From NCBI GenBank assembly GCA_965200895.1, contig CBDAVM010000002.1:741028-805027 (forward strand): DNA of 64,000 nucleotides, given 5' to 3'. Both the position numbers and the translations under genes were made by a program. The notes beneath the pieces are model-generated. The model saw only the letters and a program-made list of their open reading frames with translations, ran no database searches and was not told where the DNA came from. Source of the DNA: Vicinamibacterales bacterium (GTDB taxonomy: Bacteria; Acidobacteriota; Vicinamibacteria; Vicinamibacterales; UBA8438). Positions 1 through 9,894 of this stretch are shown one piece after another. The stretch's first letter is position 1, and the number at the start of each line of letters is the position of its first letter.

Positions 1-230
1 GCGGGCAGGATCACCGGCCGCGGAACGAGCGCCACCATGCAGTGGCAGGTGCGGGCAGCGCCAGCGCACCGCTCCGGAGCGACGAACACCGTGGGCCGGA
101 AGGCTCGCCGGGAGTCTGGCATCGGGCGCCCGGCGAGCCGAGACGCCCTCGCGCGGCCGCAAGCGGCGAGGCGCCGGCGGCCTCCAGGGCCGGCCGCGGG
201 CACCTCGCCGAGCATCTCCCGACTCGGGCC

Positions 231-2093
231 TCAGTCGCCGGACGGTGGGAGCGCGAACACGTAGAGCGCGCTGCCCGCCCGTCGGAAGCGGTCAACCGCG
301 TCCGGCTCCGCGTCCGGCGTGATCTGCACGCTCCCCGGGCGCTGGCTGCCGATGATGGCCACGTACTGCCGCCCGTCGGGCCCGAGGTAGGTGATGGGCG
401 AGGCCCGGAAGTTGCTCCCGGTCCGGAACGTCCAAACGATGTCGCCGGTCCGGGCGTCGAACGCCCGCACCACGCCCTCGTTGGGGCCGCCCTGGAAGAG
501 CAGGTCCCCGCCGGTGGCCATGACCGGGGCGTTGTTGGCGGTCGTCCACTGAATCCGCCAGACGGTCTCGCCCGCCACCGGGTCGTTGGCCTGCAGCTCG
601 TTGACGACCTCCGCGTTGGGCGGGTCCGGGGCGCGCCCGCCGCGCTCGCGCAGCGTGTAGTCGTTCCCGGGCACGTACTCGCCCTCGACCATTCTCAGAC
701 GGTCGCAACTGTTCGAGGTCGGGGTGTACACGAGTCCGGTACGCGGCGAGTACGCGTCGTTCTGCCAGTTCCGGGCGGCGATGCCGGGGCACCAGCCGAT
801 GGCGACGTTCGCGGCGTCGGGCAGGTACCGCTGCCGATCCTCGATGTCGGTGAACATCATCTTCGTCATGTCGTAGCGCGGACGGCCGGTTTCCATGTTG
901 ATGCCGTCGAAGATGTCGTTGTAGACGAACATCCAGGGCTCGAGAAGCATCTCGCCCGTCGCGCGATCGAACACGTAGAAGTAGCCGTTCCGGGCCGGGC
1001 GGACCAGCGCCTTGCGCGTCTCGCCGTTGATCTCCAGGTCGACGAGGAGGTTCACGTTGGGCTCGTCGAGGTCCCACTGATCCTGGGGAGTCATGTTGTA
1101 GGCCCAGATCAGGTCGCCGGTATCGGCGTCGCGGGCCAGGATCGACGCGCAGTAGTTGTTCCGGTAGCCGGTGAGGCCGCCGTCCTCGTCGAGCTCGACC
1201 ACGCCCCACTCCCGGCGATAGTCGGGGTTCCAGGGGGCGCAGTTGCTCGTGCCGTAGTAGAAGAGATTGAGCTCGGCGTCGTAGGTGAACCAGCCCCAGA
1301 CGGCGCCGCCGCCGCGCCGCCACGAGTCGCCCGACCAGGTGTCGAGCGCGGGGTTGTCGATCCGGTCGTCGGGATAGAAGGGAGCGAAGCGGGACCCGAT
1401 GCCCACCTCGTTGTTCGGCCCCATGCTGTAGTACCGCCAACGGAACCGGCCGTCGTCGATGTTGTAGGCGGTGACGTGACCGCGGACGCCGCGCTCGCCG
1501 CCGGCCACGCCCACGATGACCTTGTCACCGACCACCAGGGGCATGCCGGGGACCGTCTCCCCCGTCGCCACGGTCGCGTTCTCGGCCTGCCAGATCTCCT
1601 CTCCGGTCTCCGCGTCGAGCGCGAACACCTGTCCATCGAGCGTGGAGTAGAAGATCCGGCCGTCGGCGTAGCCGAGGCCGCGGGTCTGCGCGCCGCAGCA
1701 GGCGCTGCGCCTCGTCAGCTCCGGGTCGGCGATCTCGGGCCGAAACTCCCACTTGATGAAGCCGTCCCGGGCGAGGTCGAGCGCGTAGACGTAGTTCGGC
1801 TCGGGGGTGACGATGTACATCGTGTCGCCGATCACGAGCGGCGACGCCTCGTACGAATCGTGGACGCCGAGCTGCATCGTCCACGCCATCGTGAGCTGCC
1901 CGACGTTGTCGACGTTGATCTGATCGAGGGGACTGTAGTTCCAGCCCGCGTAGTTGGCGTTCGGCATGACCCACTGCGAGGGGTCGTCCGCCGAACCCTC
2001 CTGGGCGGCCGCGGCCCCCGGCACGCCGAGAACACCGAGCAGCGGCAGGAAGGGAATCCACATCCAGCCCCGCCGCCTGATTGACAGCCTCAT
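231..2093 (-). CDS. PQQ-dependent dehydrogenase, methanol/ethanol family (periplasmic quinoprotein, Asp-x-Asp metal-site variant)
   Basis: Internal ATG at 2093 of ORF 231..2543 gives the signal peptide MRLSIRRRGWMWIPFLPLLGVLGVPGAAAAQE. Quinoprotein hallmarks: NYAGWNYSPLDQI, vicinal Cys-Cys in SACCGAQTRG, recurring Trp-docking blades, WDLDE at the metal site, ARNGYFYVFDRATGE. Confidence 0.85.
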   Translation of the reverse strand: MRLSIRRRGWMWIPFLPLLGVLGVPGAAAAQEGSADDPSQWVMPNANYAGWNYSPLDQINVDNVGQLTMAWTMQLGVHDSYEASPLVIGDTMYIVTPEPNYVYALDLARDGFIKWEFRPEIADPELTRRSACCGAQTRGLGYADGRIFYSTLDGQVFALDAETGEEIWQAENATVATGETVPGMPLVVGDKVIVGVAGGERGVRGHVTAYNIDDGRFRWRYYSMGPNNEVGIGSRFAPFYPDDRIDNPALDTWSGDSWRRGGGAVWGWFTYDAELNLFYYGTSNCAPWNPDYRREWGVVELDEDGGLTGYRNNYCASILARDADTGDLIWAYNMTPQDQWDLDEPNVNLLVDLEINGETRKALVRPARNGYFYVFDRATGEMLLEPWMFVYNDIFDGINMETGRPRYDMTKMMFTDIEDRQRYLPDAANVAIGWCPGIAARNWQNDAYSPRTGLVYTPTSNSCDRLRMVEGEYVPGNDYTLRERGGRAPDPPNAEVVNELQANDPVAGETVWRIQWTTANNAPVMATGGDLLFQGGPNEGVVRAFDARTGDIVWTFRTGSNFRASPITYLGPDGRQYVAIIGSQRPGSVQITPDAEPDAVDRFRRAGSALYVFALPPSGD

Positions 2094-2176
2094 GCCGCAC
2101 TCCTTCCGCTCGGGGCACGCGCCCCGGGTTTGCGCCGTCCATCGGCGCCGTCTACTGACAACTGGAACGTCACTCC

Positions 2177-2830
2177 TCAGAACGGGTAACCCGGAAGCCT
2201 CGGCGACCGCGGCTGCCACTCGGGCAGCGGCGCCCAACCGTCGCGGTTGGGCATCTCGATCTTCGGCAGACTCTCGGCGTCGAGCACCAGGTCCTCCGGG
2301 ATGACCTCGTTCCGGTACAGCAGGAAGGCCGTCAGCGCGTACACCTCGTCGGCGCTCAGCGTTCCCTCCTGGTAGAGCGGCATGCCGCGATTGATGTAGT
2401 CCCAGACCGTCGTCGCATAGGGCGATCGGTACGGCAGGATGCGCCCCGCCGCCCACGGGTCGACGTCGGTCCCCGGCTCGGCCTTCACCAACCGGGGCGC
2501 GCGCCGGGGGGCCCGGCCGCCCTCCAGCGCCCTCCCGTGGCATCCCGCGCAGCGCACCCGGTAGATCCGCTCCCCTTCCCCGGCCGTGCCGTTGCCCGGC
2601 GGCAGCTCCTCACCCGAGGGACCGATGGAGATGTCCCAGGCGCGGATTTCCTCCGGGGTGGGGTTCCGTCCCACGCCGTAGGTGGGCCCCTGCGCGAGCG
2701 CGGCGCCCCCCATCAGCATCGCCAGCGCGAAGACCCCGACACCGGTCAGGCGCGCGCCTCGGCGGCCTGCTGGCGCCCGCCGGGCGCAGTGCAACGCCGG
2801 GTTTCGCCCCGGGCGGTCAGGCGCGCCCAT
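2177..2830 (-). CDS. monoheme c-type cytochrome, SoxD/SorB-like partner of the upstream Mo-enzyme
   Basis: CAGCH heme motif and a hydrophobic signal-like N-terminus. WDYINRGMPLYQEGTLSADEVYALTAFLLY and MPNRDGW resemble SoxD-type cytochromes. The ATG at 2830 overlaps the upstream stop by 14 nt. Confidence 0.7.
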   Translation of the reverse strand: MGAPDRPGRNPALHCARRAPAGRRGARLTGVGVFALAMLMGGAALAQGPTYGVGRNPTPEEIRAWDISIGPSGEELPPGNGTAGEGERIYRVRCAGCHGRALEGGRAPRRAPRLVKAEPGTDVDPWAAGRILPYRSPYATTVWDYINRGMPLYQEGTLSADEVYALTAFLLYRNEVIPEDLVLDAESLPKIEMPNRDGWAPLPEWQPRSPRLPGYPF

Positions 2831-4070
2831 TGTGAACGCTCCCGTCGCCGGCGACCCGCCACGGCTGGATTGTGTTGTCGAGACCGGGCACCCCGACCCT
2901 CGGATTGCCGGGCTCGCCGAAGTGCGCGGCGACCTGGGCCTGCGTCGGTTGCACCTGACCCACTTCGTCCGTGCAGCGCGACATGAGCACGGTCTCCTGC
3001 CCGTCCCAGGTCCAGGGGAGGCGGAACCGGGTGTGGGCCATGCGGTGCGCCGTCCCCTGAATCTCGGCCTCGCTCCAGCTCCGGCCGCCGTCGGTGGACA
3101 CGTCCACCCGGCTGACGGCGCCCCCGCCGGACCACGCCAGGCCGGAGACCTCGTAGAAGCCGCGGCCGGGCAGCCGCTGTCCCCCGGAAGGCCGCGTGAT
3201 GACCGACTTGGGCCCGACCTGGTAGCCCAGCGCGGCGCGCGTCGCGTTCCGGCTGAGGTGCCCGTAGTCGTTGTAGTTCATGTAGTACTCGTCGGTCACC
3301 TTGATTCGCCGGAGGTACTTCGTGTTGAAGATGCCCTCGAAGCCGGGAATCAGCAGCCGCAGCGGGAACCCGTTCTGCGGACGCACCGCCTCGCCGTTCA
3401 TGCCGTAGGCCACGATGCAGTCGTCCATGGCCTTGGCCAGCGGGAAGCTCGACGCGCCCTTCACGTTCTCGGTCCCTTCCGCGACGACCCAGGCCGCTCC
3501 CTCCTTGACGCCCGCCTCCTTCAGCAGGGTGGACAGGAGCACGCCCGTCCACTCGGCGCAACTCGTCATCCCGTGCGTCTCCTGCACGTCCTTGTGCGTG
3601 CTTCTCGCCCGGTTGCCCGCGCACTCGATGAAATGCAGGCGGGTCACCGACGGGAGGCGCTTCAGGTCCTCCATGGTGAAGACCAGCGGGCGCTCCACCA
3701 TGCCGTGAATCATCAGGCGATGCTCGCTCGGGTCGATCTCCGGCATGAGGGAGCCGCGCGTCGTGCCCACGAAGTGGAGCGACGACGGCGTGATCGTGCC
3801 CACCGAATCCTGGAGCGGCGCCGCCACGTGGAACACGAGCCCGAACGCGTCGGGCGACTCCCGGCCGCCCGGCGGGTGCGGTATGCGCACCGAGGTCACG
3901 AAACGCGAGCGCTCGCCGTAGGCGATGGTGTCCGCATCGCCCCTGACGAACCGCTCCGGCTCCGGCGCCGCCTGCCCGAGCGCGGGCTCCGCCGCGCCCA
4001 CCGTCAAGCCGCCCGCCAGCGCCGCGCCGCCTCGCAGGAATTCCCGTCTGTCGGGTCTCTTCGCACCCAT
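2817..4070 (-). CDS. sulfite-oxidase-family molybdopterin oxidoreductase (SoxC / sulfite dehydrogenase-like), Tat-exported
   Basis: Tat motif DRREFLRGGAALAG. Moco-domain motifs HFIECAGN and GFPLRLLIPGFEGIFNTKYLRRIKV, plus a C-terminal Ig-like dimerisation region. GGAGGAG RBS before the ATG at 4070. Confidence 0.8.
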   Translation of the reverse strand: MGAKRPDRREFLRGGAALAGGLTVGAAEPALGQAAPEPERFVRGDADTIAYGERSRFVTSVRIPHPPGGRESPDAFGLVFHVAAPLQDSVGTITPSSLHFVGTTRGSLMPEIDPSEHRLMIHGMVERPLVFTMEDLKRLPSVTRLHFIECAGNRARSTHKDVQETHGMTSCAEWTGVLLSTLLKEAGVKEGAAWVVAEGTENVKGASSFPLAKAMDDCIVAYGMNGEAVRPQNGFPLRLLIPGFEGIFNTKYLRRIKVTDEYYMNYNDYGHLSRNATRAALGYQVGPKSVITRPSGGQRLPGRGFYEVSGLAWSGGGAVSRVDVSTDGGRSWSEAEIQGTAHRMAHTRFRLPWTWDGQETVLMSRCTDEVGQVQPTQAQVAAHFGEPGNPRVGVPGLDNTIQPWRVAGDGSVHNGRA

Positions 4071-4210
4071 GGCCTCTCCTCCGGCAGCCTGAGGTCACTC
4101 GCCGGGTCGGCTGCCGCCATCGGCAGTATACACCCGCGCCCGCCCGGCCTCGCCGAGCGAATCGGCCGCCGGATCGGGCCGGGAGGTCATCGTCCACGCG
4201 GTCGCCGGGC

Positions 4211-5086
4211 CTACCCGGAAGCCGGCCGATGCGCCCGGAGGAAGGACCGTATCTGACGCACCGCCAGGGGAATCCGCTCCACCGGCCGCTTCCACGGGAA
4301 CAGGCTCAGCTCGGACCGCGGCGCGAGCATGGCGGCCTCGATGGCGACGTCGTAGGGATGCGCCGGGATGTCGTCGGGCAGGATGAGGATCGGCGTCTGC
4401 AACTCGCGCACGAAGTCCCGGGTCACCGTGAAGACGAAGTCCGCATCGGTGCGGTACATCCGGGTCAGGAACCGGTCGACCATGTCCATCGTGATGTCGG
4501 GCCGGCGCGCCACGAGATCCGGCCCCCACCCCGCCATGTTGTTGTCGTAGAACAGGGTGGGGTGCTCCGGGCTCCACGCACTCGGCTGCGCCAGCACCGC
4601 GGCGACCACGCGATCGGGGGCCCGCCGCAGCAGGTTCCAGATGAAGGGGCCGCCGATGCAGAACCCGAGCACCATGAACCGGTCGATGCCCAGGTGATCC
4701 ATCACGCCGAGATGGTCGTCGGTGTGGGCGTCCCACGGCCGGTCGATCTCCAGCGGGCCCGACGACCGGCCGCGGTTGGCGTTGCGCAGGTCGGCCGCGA
4801 TGCAGCGGTACTCGCCCTTGAACTCCTCCATCGGGTCGAAGGGGTGGGTCGCGAGGCCGGCGACGACCGAGTTCAGCCCGCCGCCCGGGATGACGAGCAG
4901 GGGGAAGCCCGAGCCGACCTCCTCGTAGCGGATGCGGACGGGGCCGTTCTCGTAGAAGGACGGGGCCCCTCCGTCCTGGCCGGCCTGCTCCGCGAACGCC
5001 CGCGTGGCGGCGAGAACCGTCGCCGCCGCGCCCGTCTTGAGTATCGTGCGTCTGGTCGGATCCACCATCTCGTCCTCCTCGCCCAT
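4211..5086 (-). CDS. alpha/beta-hydrolase-fold protein, Tat signal, Cys in the nucleophile elbow (GFCIGG)
   Basis: Internal ATG at 5086 gives MGEEDEMVDPTRRTILKTGAAATVLA (twin-Arg). PLLVIPGGG oxyanion-like motif and a GFCIGG elbow. The longer ORF start at 5383 has no signal logic. Confidence 0.7.
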   Translation of the reverse strand: MGEEDEMVDPTRRTILKTGAAATVLAATRAFAEQAGQDGGAPSFYENGPVRIRYEEVGSGFPLLVIPGGGLNSVVAGLATHPFDPMEEFKGEYRCIAADLRNANRGRSSGPLEIDRPWDAHTDDHLGVMDHLGIDRFMVLGFCIGGPFIWNLLRRAPDRVVAAVLAQPSAWSPEHPTLFYDNNMAGWGPDLVARRPDITMDMVDRFLTRMYRTDADFVFTVTRDFVRELQTPILILPDDIPAHPYDVAIEAAMLAPRSELSLFPWKRPVERIPLAVRQIRSFLRAHRPASG

Positions 5087-5292
5087 CGTCGCCTGCGGCC
5101 GCCGGGGCCCAATCCCCCGGGAGTCCGCGCCGTTCTGCGGCGCAGGCTCCTGGCCGCAGCCCCTGATGGTTCGCGACGCCCGTGCTGAATCGTCCGCACG
5201 GCGGCGGCTCCAAGCTATCACCGCCCGGTGGCGCTGACAACCATGCTGGCCCTCGATGACGGCAGGCGGTAATATGCGGCCGGAGGTGAGCG

Positions 5293-7296
5293 ATGCGTTC
5301 ACGACACCATCTGCTGACGGTCGTACTGGGGATTGGGCTGGGCACGTCCCACGGCGTCGGCGAGGCGCAGGAATCGGCGACATCGGCGCTGGAGGGTTCG
5401 CGCGTCACCCGGCTCGACATCACCAGCCGCGAGCCCGCGTTCGGCGGCCGGTCGTTCGGCGCCGCGGGCCCGTACGAGATTCTGCTCGGAACGGCCACCG
5501 CCGTCGCCGATCCAGCCGCCCCCTTCGACGCGCGCATCGTGGATCTCGAGAACGCCCCGCGCAATGCGGACGGGCTGGTCGAGTACACCTTCGAGGTCGA
5601 TATCCTCAAGCCGGTCGACATCACCAGGGGCAACGGCGTCCTCGTGTACGAGGTCAACAACCGCGGCCGCAACATCGTCCTCGGCTACTTCCACGAGGCG
5701 GGGCGGGGCTACGCGGCCGAGAACGCCGGCAACGCCCTTCTCATGAACCAGGGCTACACCTATGTGTCGAGCGGCTGGCTCCACGGCGCGCCGGGGGCCG
5801 GCGACCCGCGCCCGGTGCTGGCGAACTTCCCGCTCGCCACCGACGACGGCCGCACCATCACCGGCGCCTCGATGGAGGAGTGGCAGGACCCGGCGAGCGC
5901 CGCGTTCGGGCGGCTGACCTACCCGGCGGCGACGCTCGACGAGAGCGCCGCGACCCTCACCCACCGGCAGCTCCAGGACGATCCGCGCCAGGCGGTTCCG
6001 GCCGACGGGTGGCGCTACGTCGACGACAGGACGGTGGCGGTCACGCCCCCCGCGGGCACCGACGCGGGCACCATCTACGAGTTCGTGTACGAGGCCCGGG
6101 ACCCCATCGTCCACGGCCTGGGCTTCAGCGCCATCCGCGATCTCGTGTCGTTCGCGCGCTACCGTCCCGCCGACGATCGGGGCGTCGCCAACCCGCTCTT
6201 CGTGGACGGCATGCCGGTGCTCGACCACGTGGTGGCCGTCGGCTCCTCGCAGAGCGGCCGGATGATCAGGGACCTGGTCTACCAGGGCTTCAACGAGGAC
6301 CCGGCTGGTCGCCGCGTCTTCGACGGCATGACGCCGTACGTCGCGGGCGCCCGCCGCACGTGGGTCAACGCCCGTTTCGCGCAGACGGGCCGCTACACGC
6401 GCCAGCACGAGGACCACAACTACCCGATGGACGAGTTCCCGTTCACGTTCGCGACGACCACCGATGCGCTGACGGGCCGGACCGACGGGCTGCTGGCCGC
6501 CTGCACGGCCTCCGGCACCTGCCCCCGCATCATCCAGGTGGACGCCGACTCCGAGTACTACGGCGCCCATGCCTCGCTCATCGTCACCGACACGAGGGGC
6601 CGCGGGCTGGAGCTGCCGCCGAACGCGCGCTACTGGATGCTCGGGACCGCGCACCTGCAGGGCGACGCCGGGTGCCGCGACCCCGCCAACCCGGTGCGGC
6701 CGTGGCCGTATTACCGGGCCGCGTTCGACGCGACGGTGCGATGGGTGCGCGACGGCGTCGAGCCGCCGGCGACGCGCGCGCCGTCGGTGGCCGACGGCAC
6801 GGCGGTGACGGTCGAGAGGCAAGGCGAGCAGTATCCGACCATCCCGGACCGCCCGTACAACGGCGCGATCAGCACGCTCGGCGTGCGCGACTTCTCCGTC
6901 TGGCCGCCGAAGGAGAGCGACGAGCGATACCCGTTGTTCGTGCCGAGCCTGGACGCCGACGGCAACCTCGTGGCGGGCGTGCTCGTACCGGAGGTCGCGG
7001 CCCCGCTCTCCACGATGGGCAAGGCGGTTCGCGCGGCGGGCTTTGCCGAGGGCGACCTGTGCGGCGTGAACGGCTCCACGATTCCGTTCCCGCGGACGAA
7101 GGACGAGCGGACGGCGTCGGGCGATTCGCGGCTCTCCCTGGAAGAGCGCTATCCCGGCGGCGAGGCGGAGTACGTGCAGCGCTACGGCGAGGCGGCGGAC
7201 GCGCTGGCCGCCGAGGGGTACCTGCTGGCCGCCGACGCCGAGCAGCTCAAGGCATCTGCCGCCGCCGCGTGGCGCGCGGCCGTCGCGGCGCCCTGA
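5293..7296 (+). CDS. secreted hypothetical protein, possible alpha/beta-hydrolase-like domain
   Basis: GGAGGTGAG RBS before the ATG. Signal peptide MRSRHHLLTVVLGIGLGTSHGVGEAQE. 667-aa ORF with coding-like composition and a VGSSQSGR elbow-like motif. I recognise no confident family. Confidence 0.65.
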   Translation: MRSRHHLLTVVLGIGLGTSHGVGEAQESATSALEGSRVTRLDITSREPAFGGRSFGAAGPYEILLGTATAVADPAAPFDARIVDLENAPRNADGLVEYTFEVDILKPVDITRGNGVLVYEVNNRGRNIVLGYFHEAGRGYAAENAGNALLMNQGYTYVSSGWLHGAPGAGDPRPVLANFPLATDDGRTITGASMEEWQDPASAAFGRLTYPAATLDESAATLTHRQLQDDPRQAVPADGWRYVDDRTVAVTPPAGTDAGTIYEFVYEARDPIVHGLGFSAIRDLVSFARYRPADDRGVANPLFVDGMPVLDHVVAVGSSQSGRMIRDLVYQGFNEDPAGRRVFDGMTPYVAGARRTWVNARFAQTGRYTRQHEDHNYPMDEFPFTFATTTDALTGRTDGLLAACTASGTCPRIIQVDADSEYYGAHASLIVTDTRGRGLELPPNARYWMLGTAHLQGDAGCRDPANPVRPWPYYRAAFDATVRWVRDGVEPPATRAPSVADGTAVTVERQGEQYPTIPDRPYNGAISTLGVRDFSVWPPKESDERYPLFVPSLDADGNLVAGVLVPEVAAPLSTMGKAVRAAGFAEGDLCGVNGSTIPFPRTKDERTASGDSRLSLEERYPGGEAEYVQRYGEAADALAAEGYLLAADAEQLKASAAAAWRAAVAAP

Positions 7297-7465
7297 TGGC
7301 GTGGAGATTCGTCGCTCTCGCTCCGCTCGCTCCCTGGCAGACCACGGTGAAAACGCCGTGTGGCGCTGGAGAGCGCCGATCGAATGCAGCGGGACTGTCG
7401 CCCCGCGCTGACAGGTCGCGCCGGGGATTGGGACAACCGGTATGATGCGCTGGAAGGAGACTTGC

Positions 7466-8623
7466 ATGTCCACAATCCGTTTCTGTCTGCTGCTCGTCAT
7501 CGGCCTGGGCCTGGCCGTCGCCGGCGCCCGGTCGGCGGCCAACTCGGAGGCGACCACCGGCGTCACGCCAGAGTTCCAGCACATCAACAAGCTGGCGTTC
7601 GGGCCCGAAGGCGTCCTCTTCGCGGCCGACGCCCAGGAGGTGTCCATCACCGCCCTGCATCTCGGCGAGGAGATGGCCGGCGGGGTGCCCGGAACGCAGG
7701 ACGTCCCCGCGATCGATCGGAAGGTCGCCGCCCTGCTCGGCATCGACGCCGCCAACCTGCTGATCACCGACATGGTGGTCGACCCGCGGACGCGCAACAC
7801 CTGGCTCTCGGTGATGCGCGGGCTCGGCGCCGGGGCGGTGCCGGTCCTCCTGCGCGTGGACGGCGCGGGCGAGATGGAGGTCGTCTCCCTCGACGAGGTC
7901 CGCTACACGCGCATCGGGGTGCCCAATCCGCCGCCGGCCGAGACGCCGCTGGTGCTCGCCGGCGGACGGGAGATCCCCATCGCCAACTACCCCGACCAGG
8001 TCGACCCCGCGGGGCTGATCGGCGTGCAGACCATCACCCACATGGCCTTCATCGACGGCAATCTCTTCGTCTCGGGCCTGTCGAACGAGGAGTTCGCGTC
8101 CAAGATGCGCGTCATCCCGTATCCGTTCCGGGTGGCGGACGCGGGGACGAGCGTCGAGATCTACCACGGCTCGCACGGCCAGCTCGAGACGTTCTCGCCC
8201 GTGTTCACGTTCGTGCCGTACGAGATTGACGGCGAGCCGTCGATCGTCGCCAGCTACCTGTGCACGCCGCTCGTGAAGTTCCCCATCGCGGCGCTCGAGC
8301 CGGGCAGCAAGATTCAGGGGACGACGATCGCCGAGTTCGGCAACCGCAACCGGCCCATCGACATGATCGTCTACGAGAAGGACGGGCAGGACTACATCCT
8401 GCTATCGAACAACCAGCGCGGGGTGATGAAGGTGCCGACGGAGCCGTTCGGCGCCGCCGACGCCATCGCCGACCCGATTCCCGATACGGCCGGCGTGCCG
8501 TTCGAGACCATCGAGTCGCTCGAAGGCGTGCGGCAGCTCGATCGGCTGGATGCCTCCCGGGCGATGCTGCTCGTCGACGCCGCCGGCGGCGGGCTGAACC
8601 TCGAAGCCGCCGCGCTGCCGTAG
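7466..8623 (+). CDS. secreted hypothetical protein
   Basis: ATG at 7466 preceded by GGAAGGAGA. Signal peptide MSTIRFCLLLVIGLGLAVAGARSA. Uninterrupted 385-aa frame. Confidence 0.65.
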   Translation: MSTIRFCLLLVIGLGLAVAGARSAANSEATTGVTPEFQHINKLAFGPEGVLFAADAQEVSITALHLGEEMAGGVPGTQDVPAIDRKVAALLGIDAANLLITDMVVDPRTRNTWLSVMRGLGAGAVPVLLRVDGAGEMEVVSLDEVRYTRIGVPNPPPAETPLVLAGGREIPIANYPDQVDPAGLIGVQTITHMAFIDGNLFVSGLSNEEFASKMRVIPYPFRVADAGTSVEIYHGSHGQLETFSPVFTFVPYEIDGEPSIVASYLCTPLVKFPIAALEPGSKIQGTTIAEFGNRNRPIDMIVYEKDGQDYILLSNNQRGVMKVPTEPFGAADAIADPIPDTAGVPFETIESLEGVRQLDRLDASRAMLLVDAAGGGLNLEAAALP

Positions 8624-8637
8624 GCGCCTGCAATCCG

Positions 8638-9894
8638 ATGACGCAGGCGGCGAGGGCGGCCGCGGTGATGGCGGCGGCCCTCGCGTTCGCGGCCGGATGC
8701 TCGCAGACAAGCGGCCAGGCGCCGGAACGCGCCGCCGGCGCGCCGCGCATCCTGTTGGTCGCCTCACCCTCCGGGCAGCGGACCATTGACGTCGCGGGGC
8801 TGGCGGCCGCCGACCTCGCGCACCTCGAACGCACCGCCCTGTCGCGCGACGCGTGGCAGGCCATCCTGCGCGTCCAGGTCGCGCAGGCGGGTCCGGCCCC
8901 CGCGGAGCTGCCGCCGGTCCTCGGCGACTACGCCGTGCACGCCGGCGCGCTGCGCTTCACGCCGCGTTTTCCGTTCGACGCGGGTCAACGCTACGAGGTG
9001 GTGTTCGATCCGTCATCCCTCCCGTCCGCGCGCGGCGGTTCCGCGCCCACCCCGCCGCGCGCAATCCGCGCGACGGTCGAGGCGCCCGCGCCCGACCGCG
9101 AGCCGTCGACCCGCGTGGTCGCCGTCTACCCGACCGGCCCCGAGGTGCCGGAGAACCACCTCCGCCTGTACGTCGTCTTCTCGGCTCCGATGGGGCTGGG
9201 CGCGGGCGGCGCGCACGTCCGGCTGCTCGACGAGCGCGGGCAGCCGGTCGCCGACCCGTTCCTGCCGCTGGACGTCGACCTGTGGAACGCGGACCGCACG
9301 CGCTTCACCGTCCTCTACGACCCCGGGCGGGTCAAGCGCGGCATCCGGCCGAACGCCGAGCTGGGCCGCCCGCTGGCGGCGGAGCGCCGGTACACCCTGG
9401 TGATCGACGCCGACTGGCGCGACGCCGCCGGTCAGCGGCTGGCGCAGCCGTTCCGCCGGGAGTACCGGGTGGGTGCGCCCCGGGAGCGCGCCCTCGATCC
9501 CGACACCTGGCGCCTCGACCTCCCGGCCCACGGCACACGGGACCCTCTCGCGGTGCGCTTTCCGGTCCCGCTGGACTACGGCCTGTTGCAACGCGCGCTC
9601 CACGTAGCCACCGGGGAGGGCCGGCCGCTGGCCGGGGAGATTCGGGTGGAGCAGGGCGAGACGCGCTGGACGTTCACGCCGCGCGCGCCGTGGCGGCCGG
9701 GCGAGTACCAGCTCGTCGCGGCGGCGACCCTCGAGGATGCCGCCGGCAACCGCATCGGGCGGCCGTTCGAGGTCGACGCGGCCGAGGCCCGGAGCTCGGA
9801 ACACCCCCGCGGCGCCGTGGTGCCGTTCCGGATCGGCCAACCTCTCGCGCGAATCCGGCCCCGCGAATCGAGCCCGGACCCGAAGGGCGGGTAA
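8638..9894 (+). CDS. lipoprotein with bacterial Ig-like (SbsA/Big_5-type) domains
   Basis: ATG at 8638 and lipobox LAFAAGC. VVAVYPTGPEVPENHLRLYVVFSAPM is typical of SbsA-type Ig-like domains. Its last about 270 nt are duplicated at 23325-23610. Confidence 0.7.
   Translation: MTQAARAAAVMAAALAFAAGCSQTSGQAPERAAGAPRILLVASPSGQRTIDVAGLAAADLAHLERTALSRDAWQAILRVQVAQAGPAPAELPPVLGDYAVHAGALRFTPRFPFDAGQRYEVVFDPSSLPSARGGSAPTPPRAIRATVEAPAPDREPSTRVVAVYPTGPEVPENHLRLYVVFSAPMGLGAGGAHVRLLDERGQPVADPFLPLDVDLWNADRTRFTVLYDPGRVKRGIRPNAELGRPLAAERRYTLVIDADWRDAAGQRLAQPFRREYRVGAPRERALDPDTWRLDLPAHGTRDPLAVRFPVPLDYGLLQRALHVATGEGRPLAGEIRVEQGETRWTFTPRAPWRPGEYQLVAAATLEDAAGNRIGRPFEVDAAEARSSEHPRGAVVPFRIGQPLARIRPRESSPDPKGG

Noticed and set aside
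1-230. Possible partial gene at the left window edge
   Set aside because: Only short Arg/Ala/Pro-rich ORFs occur on both strands, with no recognisable motif. Left unannotated.
42-2084. 680-aa plus-strand ORF. Similar long ORFs occur at 5299..7800(-), 28030..30402(+), 40153..42582(+), 42959..44740(-), 56667..59432(+) and 56755..59469(-)
   Set aside because: They are antisense shadow ORFs opposite well-supported genes in high-GC DNA. Their translations are Arg/Ala/Gly/Pro-rich with no recognisable motifs.
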